Below are positions 24,595 to 36,300 of a stretch of 64,000 bases of DNA, one piece after another. Location of the stretch: contig NC_043026.1 in assembly GCF_006345805.1 (NCBI RefSeq), forward strand, positions 12,007,579-12,071,578. The letters are read 5' to 3'. Positions within the stretch are counted from its first letter, which is position 1. Each line of letters starts with the position of its first letter. The notes under the pieces were generated by a model. The model was not told the DNA's origin and searched no databases. It worked only from the letters and a program-made list of their open reading frames with translations. Source of the stretch: Octopus sinensis (Eukaryota). The position numbers were made by a program, and so were the translations under genes.

Positions 24595-25401
24595 TTTAAA
24601 CATAATTCTTACCCTTACTCAAAATTGTAATCCTAAGTGCTTACATGAAACCTTAACATTAGATGCTAACCCTCAGTAGAGCAAGAAAGAGCGTGATATG
24701 AAAGACCAGTGCGTCTGCAGAGAGGGAGGGATGAGAAAAAAAATGAGTTTGGTTTAATCACAAATATAGTTGTAGAATTAAGTTACTTCTGTTCATGCGT
24801 CTAATGTCTTAAATGTACGTATATACACGTTAACAGAGTAAAACTTTGATATAAATCATTCCTTTTCTTAAAGGACATGCATACATAGACACACACAAAC
24901 ACTGTTTTCATTAGTTATTGTCTGACTGCTACAACTTGGCTTTGTAAACTGAATGAAAGCATATGTGTGTGTATCCTAGAATGACAGCTGTATTAACATT
25001 ATCATCCTACTGCTACTCCATATTTATTGCTTACACACCTCTGTTCTCTCTTTCTCTGATATCAGTCATTCTCTCTGTACTGCCTCATTTCCCTCACATT
25101 CTTGCGCCTTTCTCATTTTATCCAAAAATAGCCCACCCTACCATCACAATTTCGTAAGTTATAAGATAAGATACTGAATTATGGTGAAATATTTCTTCTC
25201 AGCTGAAATCAGTACCGAGATTTCATTACTCCACTGTCTGGAATGTAAAGAAAATGGTTTTGCATTTTAACTAAATATGGATAGCACCTGAATTTGCAGG
25301 ATCTTTGAATATCAATAAAGAGTAGGGTTGGTGAAAAAATAATAACAGGAATATTTGTTAGGTATTAACTATAAGAATGAAAAAGGAAAAAAACACACCA
25401 T

Positions 25402-25788
25402 AGGCGTAGGAGTGGCTGTGTGGTAAGTAGCTTGCTTACCAACCACATGGTTCCAGGTTCAGTCCCACTGCGTAGCACCTTGGGTAAGTGTCTTCTACTA
25501 TAGCCTCGGGCCGACCAAAGCCTTGTGAGTTGATTTGGTAGACGGAAACTGAAAGAAGCCTGTCGTATATATGTATATATATATATATGTGTGTTTGTGT
25601 GTCTGTGTTTGTCCCCCCAGGATGCTGGTGTGTTTACGTCCCCGTAACTTAGCAGTTCGGCAAAAGAGACCGATAGAATAAGTACTAGGCTTACAAAGAA
25701 TAAGTCCTGGGGTCGATTTGCTCTACACTAAAGGCGGTGCTCCAGCATGGCTGCAGTCAAATGACTGAAACAAGTAAAGAGAGAGTAT
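25402..25788 (+). mobile_element. Full-length SINE A
   Basis: Head, core, (TA)(TG) spacer and 3' half. Confidence 0.85.
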
Positions 25789-26120
25789 ACCTGTTCACTG
25801 GGGTGAGAGAAATAAAATTATGGGAACTGAATTTTGTGACAATAAGTGTATATCTAACACTCAGTTTAAGAGTTTGGGTTCTCTTAATGACATAAACATC
25901 ATATGTCTGTGCATTCTGTGGAAAGGTATTCTCTCAAAAGCATTGCCTCACTACACACAAGCATATTCATGCAGGAGAGAAACCATATAATTGTGATACC
26001 TGTGGTAAATCATTCTCTGTAGGCAGTACTTTAACTAAACTCAGGCGCATTCATACAGGAGAAAGGCCATATCACTGTGATATCTGTGGTAATTTATACT
26101 CTACAAATACTCAACTGACT

Positions 26121-27320
26121 ATGCACAAACGTACTCACACGGGAGAGAAGCCATATCGCTGTGATATCTGTGGTGAATCATTCTCCCAGTCTGGTGTTTT
26201 ACAGAAACACAAACGTATCCATACAGGTGAGAAGCCATATCAGTGTAATATCTGTGGTAAATCATTTTCTCAAAGTGGTGGCTTAACTAAGCACACACGT
26301 ACTCATACGGGAGAAAAACCATATCGCTGTGATATCTGTGGTAAATCATTCACTGTATCTGCTCACGTAACTAAACACAAACGCATTCATACAGGAGAGA
26401 AGCCATATCAGTGTGATATTTGTGGCAAAACATTCTCTGGAAGTAGTGACTTAACCGCTCATATGCGCATTCATACAGGTGAAAAACCATATCACTGTGA
26501 TATCTGTGGTAACTCATTCACTGTATCTACTCACTTAACTAAACACAAACGCATTCATACAGGAGAGAAGCCATATCAGTGTGATATTTGTGGCAAAACA
26601 TTCTCTGGAAGTAGTGACTTAACTGCTCATATGCGCATTCATACAGGTGAAAAACCATACTGCTGTTATATCTGTGGTAAATCATTCCCTATAAGTAGTC
26701 ACTTAGCTGAACATAAACGTATTCACACTGGAGAGAAACCATATCGGTGTGATGTCTGTGATAAATCATTCTCTCAGAGTAGTGATTTAAAAGTACACAA
26801 ACGCATTCATACAGGAGAGAAACCGTTTCACTGTATTATCTGTAATAAATCATTCTCTCAAAGGCATCATTTAACTGAACATAAAGACGTTCATACTGGA
26901 GAAAAAACATACCATTGTGATATCTGTGGCAGATCATTCTTTCAAAATTGTAGCTTACATAGACACAGACGTATTCATACAGGAGAGAGGCTATGCTACT
27001 GTGATATCTGTGGTAAATCATTCATTCAGAATAGTGAATTAGCTAATCACAAGCGTGTTCATACAGGAGAGAAATTATATCTCTGTGATACTTGTGGCAA
27101 AACATTCTCTCAGTTTAGTCAGTTAACTATACACAAACGGGTTCACACAGGAGAGAAGCCGTATCATTGTGATATCTGCAATAAATCGTTCTCTCTTCAT
27201 CATCACTTAATTAGACACAAACGTATTCATACAGGAGAAAAACCTTATCTCTGTGATGTCTGTGGTAAATCATTCTCTCATTTAAATACCTTAACCTCTC
27301 ACAAACATATAACACCATAG
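26121..27320 (+). CDS. Poly-C2H2 zinc-finger protein: 14 fingers from Met 26121, 17 counting the in-frame upstream fingers (25896-26120)
   Basis: 399-aa ORF. The same frame is open back to 25896 and encodes three more fingers. An in-frame TAA at 25893-25895 follows ATG 25887, so gene integrity is uncertain. Confidence 0.8.
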   Translation: MHKRTHTGEKPYRCDICGESFSQSGVLQKHKRIHTGEKPYQCNICGKSFSQSGGLTKHTRTHTGEKPYRCDICGKSFTVSAHVTKHKRIHTGEKPYQCDICGKTFSGSSDLTAHMRIHTGEKPYHCDICGNSFTVSTHLTKHKRIHTGEKPYQCDICGKTFSGSSDLTAHMRIHTGEKPYCCYICGKSFPISSHLAEHKRIHTGEKPYRCDVCDKSFSQSSDLKVHKRIHTGEKPFHCIICNKSFSQRHHLTEHKDVHTGEKTYHCDICGRSFFQNCSLHRHRRIHTGERLCYCDICGKSFIQNSELANHKRVHTGEKLYLCDTCGKTFSQFSQLTIHKRVHTGEKPYHCDICNKSFSLHHHLIRHKRIHTGEKPYLCDVCGKSFSHLNTLTSHKHITP

Positions 27321-27342
27321 ATTAAAGCATTCACACATTTGT

Positions 27343-28077
27343 TTAACCCTTTCGATACCAACCCATGTTGAAACCGGCTCTGGCTCTGGATACAAATGTC
27401 TTATTTTCATAAGTTTTGAATTAAAATCTTCCACCAAAACTTAATCACAATTTATGTTCCTAACATTAGCTTAATGATAACTAAGTTATTTTACTAAATT
27501 CTTTGTTATATTTAAAACTAATTGAAAGAAACTCAGAGCATCTCAACAGAAGTATGGTAACGAAAGGGTTAAAATATATAATAGAGAAACAATTCTTAAC
27601 CCTTTCGATACCAACCTGGTTGAAACCACCTCTGGCTCTGTAGTACAAATGTCTTGTTTTCATAAGTTCTGAATTAAAATCTTCCACCAAACCTTAGTCA
27701 CAATTTATGTTCCTAACATTAGCTAAATGGTAACTAAGTTATTTTACTAAATTCTTTGTTATATTTAAAATTAATTGAAAGAAACTCAGAGCATCTCAAC
27801 AGAAGTATGGTAACAAGAGGGTTAAAATATATAATAGAGAAACAATTCTTAACCCTTTCGATACCAACCTGGTTGAAACCACCTCTGGCTCTGTAGTACA
27901 AATGTCTTGTTTTCATAAGTTCTGAATTAAAATCTTCCACCAAACCTTAGTCACAATTTATGTTCCTAACATTAACTTAATGATAACTAAGTTATTTTAC
28001 TAAATTCTTTGTTATATTTAAAGTAATTGAAAGAAACACAGAGCATCTCAAAATAAATACAGCAACGAAAGGGTTAA
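27343..28077. mobile_element. Trimer of the TTAA-flanked MITE, 253-bp period
   Basis: Units at 27347-27568, 27600-27821 and 27853-28073, each bounded by TTAA, with an identical spacer AATATATAATAGAGAAACAATTC. Confidence 0.85.
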
Positions 28078-28234
28078 TATATAACAATGTATGCTACTAA
28101 ATATCACAGTATGAACATGAAGATATTCATACAGTCTTTGGGATATAGTCTGATGTTAAAAATGCATTTGGAGAGACAGTGATGGTTTTAAATTAATGTT
28201 ACTCATATTCAGCTGGAGTCATGTTTTCTTGACA

Positions 28235-28325
28235 TGGAGAGAAACCATGCCAATGTGATTCCCATAATAAATCCTCTGAAAAGGCAACTTGACTACATGT
28301 GGATGTGTTCATGTAGAAGAGTGAC
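28235..28325 (+). pseudogene. Decayed zinc-finger relic
   Basis: Reads HGEKPCQCDSHNKSSEK, then with a frameshift NLTTCGCVHVEE, a degenerate HTGEKPYxCDxCxKSF..GNLTTH..IHTEE. Confidence 0.5.
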
Positions 28326-28358
28326 TGCATCCACATCAAATTTCAACTTGTGATAAAT

Positions 28359-29505
28359 GGATGGAAGCACTCCGTCAGTTCCGACGACGAGGGTTCCAGT
28401 TGATCCGAATCAACGGAACAGCCTGCTCGTGAAATTAACGTGTAAGTGGCTGAGCACTCCACAGACACGTGTACCCTTAACGTAGTTCTCGGGGATATTC
28501 AGTGTGACACAGAGAGTGACAAGGCCGGCCCCTTGAAATACAGGTACAACAGAAACAGGAAGTAAGAGTGAGAGAAAGTTGTGGTGAAAGAGTACAGAAG
28601 GGATCACCACCATCCCCTGCCGGAGCCTCGGATGGAAGCACTCAGTCGGTTATGACGATGAGGGTTCTGGTTGATCCGAATCAACGGAACAGCCTGCTCA
28701 TGAAATTAACGTGTAAGTGGCTGAGCACTCCACAGACACGTGTACCCTTAACGTAGTTCTCGGGGATATTCAGCGTGACACAGAGAGTGACAAGGCCGGC
28801 CCCTTGAAATACAGGTACAACAGAAACAGGAAGTAAGAGTGAGAGAAAGTTGTGGTGAAAGAGTACAGAAGGGATCACCACCATCCCCTGCCGGAGCCTC
28901 GGATGGAAGCACTCAGTCGGTTATGACGATGAGGGTTCTGGTTGATCCGAATCAACGGAACAGCCTGCTCGTGAAATTAACGTGTAAGTGGCTGAGCACT
29001 CCACAGACACGTGTACCCTTAACGTAGTTCTCGGGGATATTCAGCGTGACACAGAGAGTGACAAGGCCGGCCCTTTGAAATACAGGTACAACAGAAACAG
29101 GAAGTAAGAGTGAGAGAAAGTTGAGGTGAAAGAGTACAGCAGGGATCACCACCATCCCCTGCCGGAGCCTCGTGGAACTTTTAGGTGTTTTCGCTCAATA
29201 AACACTCACAACGAGTGGCTGAGCACTCCACAGACACGTGTACCCTTAACGTAGTTCTCGGGGATATTCAGCGTGACAAGGCCGGCCCTTTGAAAATACA
29301 TGTACAACAGAAACAGGAAGTAAGAGTGAGAGAAAGTTGTGGTGAAAGAGTACAGCAGGGATCACCACCACCCCCTGCCGGAGCCTCGTGGAGCTTTTTA
29401 GGTGTTTTCGCTCAATAAACACTCACAACGCCCGGTCTGGGAATCGAAACCGCGATCCTATGACCGCGAGTCCGCTGCCCTAACCACTGGGCCATTGCGC
29501 CTCCA
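28359..29505 (-). mobile_element. SINE C multimer (271-bp period x3 plus head-bearing unit) with a single TSD
   Basis: Units start near 28360, 28631 and 28902. The tRNA-like head occurs only at 29420-29505. TGTGATAAAT at 28349-28358 and 29508-29517. Confidence 0.85.
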
Positions 29506-29642
29506 CCTGTGATAAATACAATATAGCAAGCATACTGTTTAATTTTTGCTGTGGAAATTTATCTCTTTTCCTTGTAGGCTTAAACTGTAGTCTTATGAAT
29601 ATTGAGGGGGTTTTTTTGTTTGCTTGTTCTAGAAATTTTATC

Positions 29643-31358
29643 GAGTGGCTGTGTGGTAAGTAGCTTGCTAACCAACCACATGGTTCTGGGTTCAGTCCCA
29701 CTGCGTGGCATCTTGGGCAATTGTCTTCTACTATAGCCTCGGGCCGACCAAAGCCTTGTGAGTGGATTTGGTAGACGCAAACTGAAAGAAGCCTGTCGTA
29801 TATATGTATATATATATATATATAGGAGTGGCTGTGTGGTAAGTAGCTTGTTTACCAACCACATGGTTCTGGGTTCAGTACCACTGCGTGGCACCTTGGG
29901 CAAGTGTCTTCTACTATAGCCTCGGGCCGACCAAAGCCTTGTGAGTGGATTTGGTAGACGGAAACTGAAAGAAGCCTGTCGTATATATGTATATATATAT
30001 ATATATATAGGAGTGGCTGTGTGGTAAGTAGCTTGTTTACCAACCACATGGTTCCGGGTTCAGTCCCACTGCGTGGCATCTTGGGCAAGTGTCTTCTGCT
30101 ACAGCTCCGGGCCAACCAATGCCTTGTGAGTGGATTTGGTAGACGGAAACTGAAAGAAGCCTGTCGTATATATGTATATATATATATATATATATAGGAG
30201 TGGCTGTGTGGTAAGTAGCTTGTTTACCAACCACATGGTTCCGGGTTCAGTCCCACTGCGTGGCATCTTGGGCAAGTGTCTTCTACTATAGCCTCGGGCC
30301 GACCAATGCCTTGTGAGTGGATTTGGTAGACGGAAACTGAAAGAAGCCTGTCGTATATATGTATATAAATAGGCATAGGAGTGGCTGTGTGGTAAGTAGC
30401 TTGCTAACCAACCACATGGTTCTGGGTTCAGTCCCACTGCGTGGCACCTTGGGCAAGTGTCTTCTGCTATAGCCCCGGGCCGATCAATGCCTTGTGAGTG
30501 GATTTGGTAGACGGAAACTGAAAGAAGCCTGTCGTATATATGTATATAAATAGGCATAGGAGTGGCTGTGTGGTAAGTAGCTTGCTAACCAACCACATGG
30601 TTCTGGGTTCAGTCCCACTGCGTGGCACCTTGGGCAAGTGTCTTCTGCTATAGCCCCGGGCCGACCAATGCCTTGTGAGTGGATTTGGTAGACGCAAACT
30701 GAAAGAAGCCTGTCGTATATATGTATATATATATATATATAGGAGTGGCTGTGTGGTAAGTAGCTTGTTTACCAACCACATGGTTCCGGGTTCAGTCCCA
30801 CTGCGTGGCACCTTGGGCAAGTGTCTTCTACTATAGCCTCGGGCCGACCAAAGCCTTGTGAGTGGATTTGGTAGACGCAAACTGAAAGAAGCCTGTCGTA
30901 TATATGTATATATATATATATAGGAGTGGCTGTGTGGTAAGTAGCTTGTTTACCAACCACATGGTTCTGGGTTCAGTACCACTGCGTGGCATCTTGGGCA
31001 AGTGTCTTCTGCTACAGCTCCGGGCCAACCAATGCCTTGTGAGTGGATTTGGTAGACGGAAACTGAAAAAACCCCGTCGTATATCATCATCATCATCATC
31101 ATCGTTTAGTGTCCGTTTTCCATGCTAGCATGGGTTGGACGGTTCAACTGGGGTCTGTGAAGCCAGAAGGCTTCATCAGGCCCAGTCAAATCTGGCAGTG
31201 TTTCTACGGCTGGATGCCCTTCCTAACGCCAACCACTCCGTGAGTGTAGTGGGTGCTTTTTACGTGCCACCCGCACTGGTGCCAGACAGAGCTGGCAAAC
31301 GGCCACGAATGGATGGTGCCTTTTATGTGCCACCAGCACGAGGGCCAGGTGAGGCTGG

Positions 31359-31410
<52 letters not shown>

Positions 31411-31610
31411 GTGTGTATGTTTGTTCCCCTAGCATTGCTTGACAACCGATGCTGGTGTGTTTACGTCCCTGTCACTTAGCAGTTCAGCAAAAGAGACTGA
31501 TAGAATAAGTACTGGGCTTACAAAAGAATAAGTCCTGGGGTCGATATGCTTGACTAGAGGTGGTGCTCCAGCATGGCCGCAGTGAAATGACTGAAACAAG
31601 TAAAAGAGTA
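29643..31610 (+). repeat. Tandem array of eight SINE A 5' halves separated by (TA)n, then a family D insert (31083-31360), then the single 3' half (~31400-31610)
   Basis: GAGTGGCTGTGTGGTAAG recurs near 29643, 29825, 30010, 30197, 30378, 30558, 30742 and 30923. Confidence 0.9.
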
Positions 31611-32191
31611 ATACATAGCAAGCACACACTGCAACATGGGAATGTTTCCATATTCATACTTTCTTATGTGGGAAAAAGGCTCTCTATTTTCTCATATATC
31701 TTTTTCCATTGGTAAATCTATAACTTTTTGAATATTTTTATACTTCATGATATGCATAAAATTGTTACTTTTAACCAGTGAGATAAAAATTTGTGATTAT
31801 TAAATATTATCTAGTATGCATAGTTGTATACTAGATTTTCTAAACATTCTTTCATGTTTCTTATGGTATTCTTTTGTTTGTGTCCCTTCAAGGGATTCTG
31901 TTGTTAGTTTAGGTTAAACATCACCAACTGAAGAACGCTACTTTTTTACCAACCCAATATATATAGCGGATCTCAGAATTGAACAGCCGAAATCTGCGAT
32001 GAGGGATCAGTTTCTGACTGAAGAATGAAGGCTTTGAATGACCCGTTTGTCTTTTTGTTCGTCCCTTCGTGTATTTCACGTTATTTATTTATGTAAAGGT
32101 CTATTATATATATATATATATATGTAGGTCCCAGGTTGAATCGGGGTTAACCACAGTAAATAAGGTACTCAATACATAGCAGAGTAAATTA

Positions 32192-32292
32192 ATTTATTTT
32201 ATAGAAGGAGCTTCTACAGGACTAGAACTGAGCTTCCTAATGATTTCTTCTGAATGAAACAGTTCTAGTCCTGTAGAAGCTCCTTCTATAAA

Positions 32293-32298
<6 letters not shown>
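32192..32298. repeat. Perfect 39-bp-arm hairpin with a 29-nt loop
   Basis: ATTTATTTTATAGAAGGAGCTTCTACAGGACTAGAACTG (32192-32230) and its exact reverse complement (32260-32298). Confidence 0.95.
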
Positions 32299-32335
<37 letters not shown>

Positions 32336-32461
32336 TTTAAAAATTGAAGGAGATAAATTAATATTAATTTTAATATCAATTTAAAACCAGTAGTCCAGCA
32401 TTCAAAAAATCTGAGGAGTCAGAGAAAATTCAAATATATGTGTATATTGGCAGCCCTGCCA

Positions 32462-32504
<43 letters not shown>

Positions 32505-32671
32505 AAGTGAGATAGGGGTTTTGAGTGTAACCCACTATGGGATATCATTTATCCAGTATACTGCCAGTAAAGTACCCAAAAGGCAAATACATAAATGCTT
32601 ACAATTGCAATGCAATTAATTCATTTATTGCATTATATGGGCGAAGGTAAAATGTTTTACCTCAAATTCAT

Positions 32672-32998
32672 AATACAAAATAAGAAAATGGAGGAATAGA
32701 TTTCTTTCAATCATCAACTACTAGATAATACCAATTCATATAATTAGTTAATAAATTATTCAAGAACAAAACAGAATAAAACAGTACACATCAATGAGTA
32801 ATATAATACCATAAGAACAATACATATAAATATAAATATATTGTTCTTATGGTATTATATTACTCATTGATGTGTACTGCTTTATTCTGTTTGATCTGGA
32901 TGTTCCTGAATAATTAATTAATAAATTATATGAATTGGTATTATCTAGTAGTTGATGATTGGTAGAAATCTATTCCTCCCTTTTCTTATTTTGTATAT
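32672..32998. repeat. Long imperfect palindrome, ~150-bp arms, ~16-nt loop
   Basis: AATACAAAATAAGAAAATGGAGGAATAGATTTC...CCATAAGAACAATA pairs with TATTGTTCTTATGG...GAAATCTATTCCTCCCTTTTCTTATTTTGTAT, with a few mismatches and one small indel. Confidence 0.92.
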
Positions 32999-33108
32999 TT
33001 ATATATATATATTCACACACAACTATACACCAACATTCATATATATATAAGAAGTGAAGAATGTAGGGAAAAAACAATATTAGTCTACATAATATATATA
33101 TATATATA

Positions 33109-33147
<39 letters not shown>

Positions 33148-33316
33148 CACACACACAACTATACACCAACATTCATATATATAAGAAGTGAAGAATGTAG
33201 GGAAAAAACAATATTAGTCTACATAATGTGACGTAGATTCAGTTTCCAGCCAATTCTGACCACAAACAGATATTTCCAACAAAAACAACAACAAAATGGA
33301 GTAGTTATGAAAATGT

Positions 33317-36300
33317 TTATCTTTCATAATGTAAGAAACAATAAGATTGAGATCCTGAAACAGGTCCAAAAATCATGATAAAATTGGCCGAAACATCAAA
33401 ACCAAGAACTGTGTGGATTTCACTATCATCAGTGCTGAGGAATAACTGTTGTTCACCATCTCTAGCTATTTGGTATATATTGTCATACTTATCTGTTATA
33501 TACATATATTCACCATGTGTTGATAGATGAATTCTCTCATCATATAGATTCAATCTTATTTCTAAACTCCAGACCAAACCTTCTCTGTACCAATGCACAA
33601 CAGCATATTTCCACCTCTCTTTCACAACAATAATAATATCTTCGCTTGATGTTACACAAATTTTCTTCAGTTCAGTTCCTCGAGACCATATTTCATGACT
33701 GTATTCACATGTTTCATCAAGGATGTTAACTACATCGACATAATAGAATTTCCAGCCAGATCTTTTATCTAAAGTATAACCACCACACACAAGTTGATTG
33801 TTGTTCTTTTTATAAATCATTTCATAATCTTTTGTAATGTTGATGGTTTTTAAACAGGAGAGATCTCTTTTGAAGAACATCAGTTGTTTATTTTCTTGGA
33901 AGAGGACTATGAAACAGTCATCTGTCCACCGACATATATCCTGAGCATGTTTATCCAGTACAGTATGATGAAATAATTCACCTGTTGTGTTGGCTACAAT
34001 GAGAGTAGGGCTTTGTATGATAACAGCAAAATTGTCAGGTAACATAATTAATTTGGTGAACCTATCACGATTATAATCTAGTTCAATACCTGTAGGGGTG
34101 GAAAGAGGAAACATTGCTGTTCTATATGGCATTCTCTTCACTAATATTTCATTGCTTCCTAACGTAGTCTCTGCAATGTAATTACCACATCTCACCTTTA
34201 ATCTACCTTTATCGATTATTTTACGTGATTTTTCCCCCTCATCTCCTTTGCTACGTTTCAATGTATTAATTGATTCATTACTGAATATTTCATTGTTCAT
34301 ATAAGGTGTAATGGGAGGGAAATGAAGACCAGAGTCAAGCTTTAATGACATGCATTCCAGAATGTTCAATTGGTCACCATCAATCTCTACGGTATAATAT
34401 TCAGTCAAGTTAATATGTACACACCAGTAAGTGTTTTCTGCTTTTCTACATATTACTCCAAAAGGTATTTCACTTTGCCAGACTTTATAGTTTACCAAAT
34501 CTTGTTGCTTCAGTCGAAATATTTCTTTTCTGTTCGGAATTGTAACCATTATATCTCTTTCTCCTGTATAACACACACCACCAACTAAAGTTCCAAGATC
34601 TCTGTAACATACCAGCTCCCCGTCTCTATCAGATGTTTTAACACCGCCAATATTGGCTTTTTCACATACAACCGTCTGTCCATCAACAGAGATATCAAGA
34701 TCTTTTACTTCAACAGGATACAGGTCTGTTTGCAACTGACAGATGGAGAATCTCTCTCGATTAAGTTTAAACGAACCTTCGACATACAAACGGTTTTCGG
34801 TGTTTCCAACAAACCTTGGGCCATTACAGTTTATACTGGAGAAATTTATTCCACGTTTGTAATGTCTTTTACTTAAAAATAATCTCTTGTATTTACCCGT
34901 CTGCAACAAGCACATAATACGACTACGTTGAAAGTCATTTTCTTTATCCCACCATCCGTAAATGTACAAATAAGCATCGTCAATTGTCAAATAGTTTGCC
35001 TTGACATACATGTGATGCTGTACAACACGTAAAAGTTCACCATTGCGCTTAACGAAAACGATATAATGATCACTGATGAATATGATGACATCCTCAGCAG
35101 TAACTGCAATACCGCATATCTCGTCGTCATAATTTCTACCGAATATTTTAGTAATGTCTATTTCGATTTTATTCATCTCACACACAGTCGACTGTATTTC
35201 ATCAATCTTAATAATAAGCAAATATTTCTCTCCATCTGTATTACCACAACATACAAGTAGATTGTCAGACAAGGAAGCAATACAAGAATACTCATTTTCT
35301 GCCTGGTAAGTTACCAGAGACAATGGAAATTCTACTTTTAACGTTAACAGTTGGTATTCATCACCAGTTGTAATAACCAGTGTGTTTGACTGCCAGCGAC
35401 ACATATATCTAGGGAAAATATCTAATTTTATCGAGTCAAGAAGTTGACCGTCAAATGTTAATATCTTAATGTTCGAATTTACATTGTCGTAGAGTATAAT
35501 CAGGTTGTTATCAGTAATAACTGAACAACCAGTAATGACCGTGTATTCGTTGTCTCCAACGGATCGAGGGGTTGAAATATGTCGGGCTTTATCAGAAACT
35601 GTATGGTCCTGCATATGCAATTTAGAGGACAACATTTCACTGACGCAGATGTTTCTAGAAAATACATCTACCAGGTCGATGTGCATGTTAAGCTGATTAT
35701 TGGTAATGTAATCTCTCACTACTAGGTTATAGTCATTTATAGCAAACATACTAGTGTTGTCTATCAGATAAACAAATATGTTATCAATATATCCACCATA
35801 GAGATTGGGTGGAGGTCTGATATGAGGCAGTAAAAGGGTGGGGACCAACTTACTACCACTATTATTACTATTACAACTGCTACTGTGGCTGCTGCTGCTA
35901 CTACTACAACTACTACTACTACTATTCCTCCTCCTCCTCTTCTTACCAGTAACAGGTTTGTAGAGAAATACCTTTTTTTTAGTAACAACCAGTACACTTT
36001 GTGTTTCGTTTTCTATCACTAATGACTTTATAAAAGGTATATTGATTGTAGAAGTTATTTCACCTTGGTTGTGGCTTTGAATCGATACAATGTCTAAACG
36101 AGAAGGTTTGTCACAAGCACAGGCAATGTGACCTTCACCGAGCTTACGTACCGATGTATAAGGCTGGCTTAATGATAGAGTTCTAATTCTTTTTGATAGA
36201 TTTCCGATAACCCATAGTTGTTTCTCTAGGGGTAATGTGACACCTATGTGATTACAATCCCATCGGCATATATCTGTAGCTGTAGATGGCAGAGATAATC

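Noticed and set aside
29420-29505. tRNA-like sequence (also 20000-20084 and the SINE A/B heads)
   Set aside because: These are SINE heads continuous with repeat bodies and TSDs. A complete cloverleaf was not established.
29480-31028. Regularly spaced repeats with variable spacers resembling a CRISPR array, plus overlapping ORFs
   Set aside because: The repeats are ~160-bp SINE halves, the spacers are (TA)n, there are no cas genes, and the context is eukaryotic.
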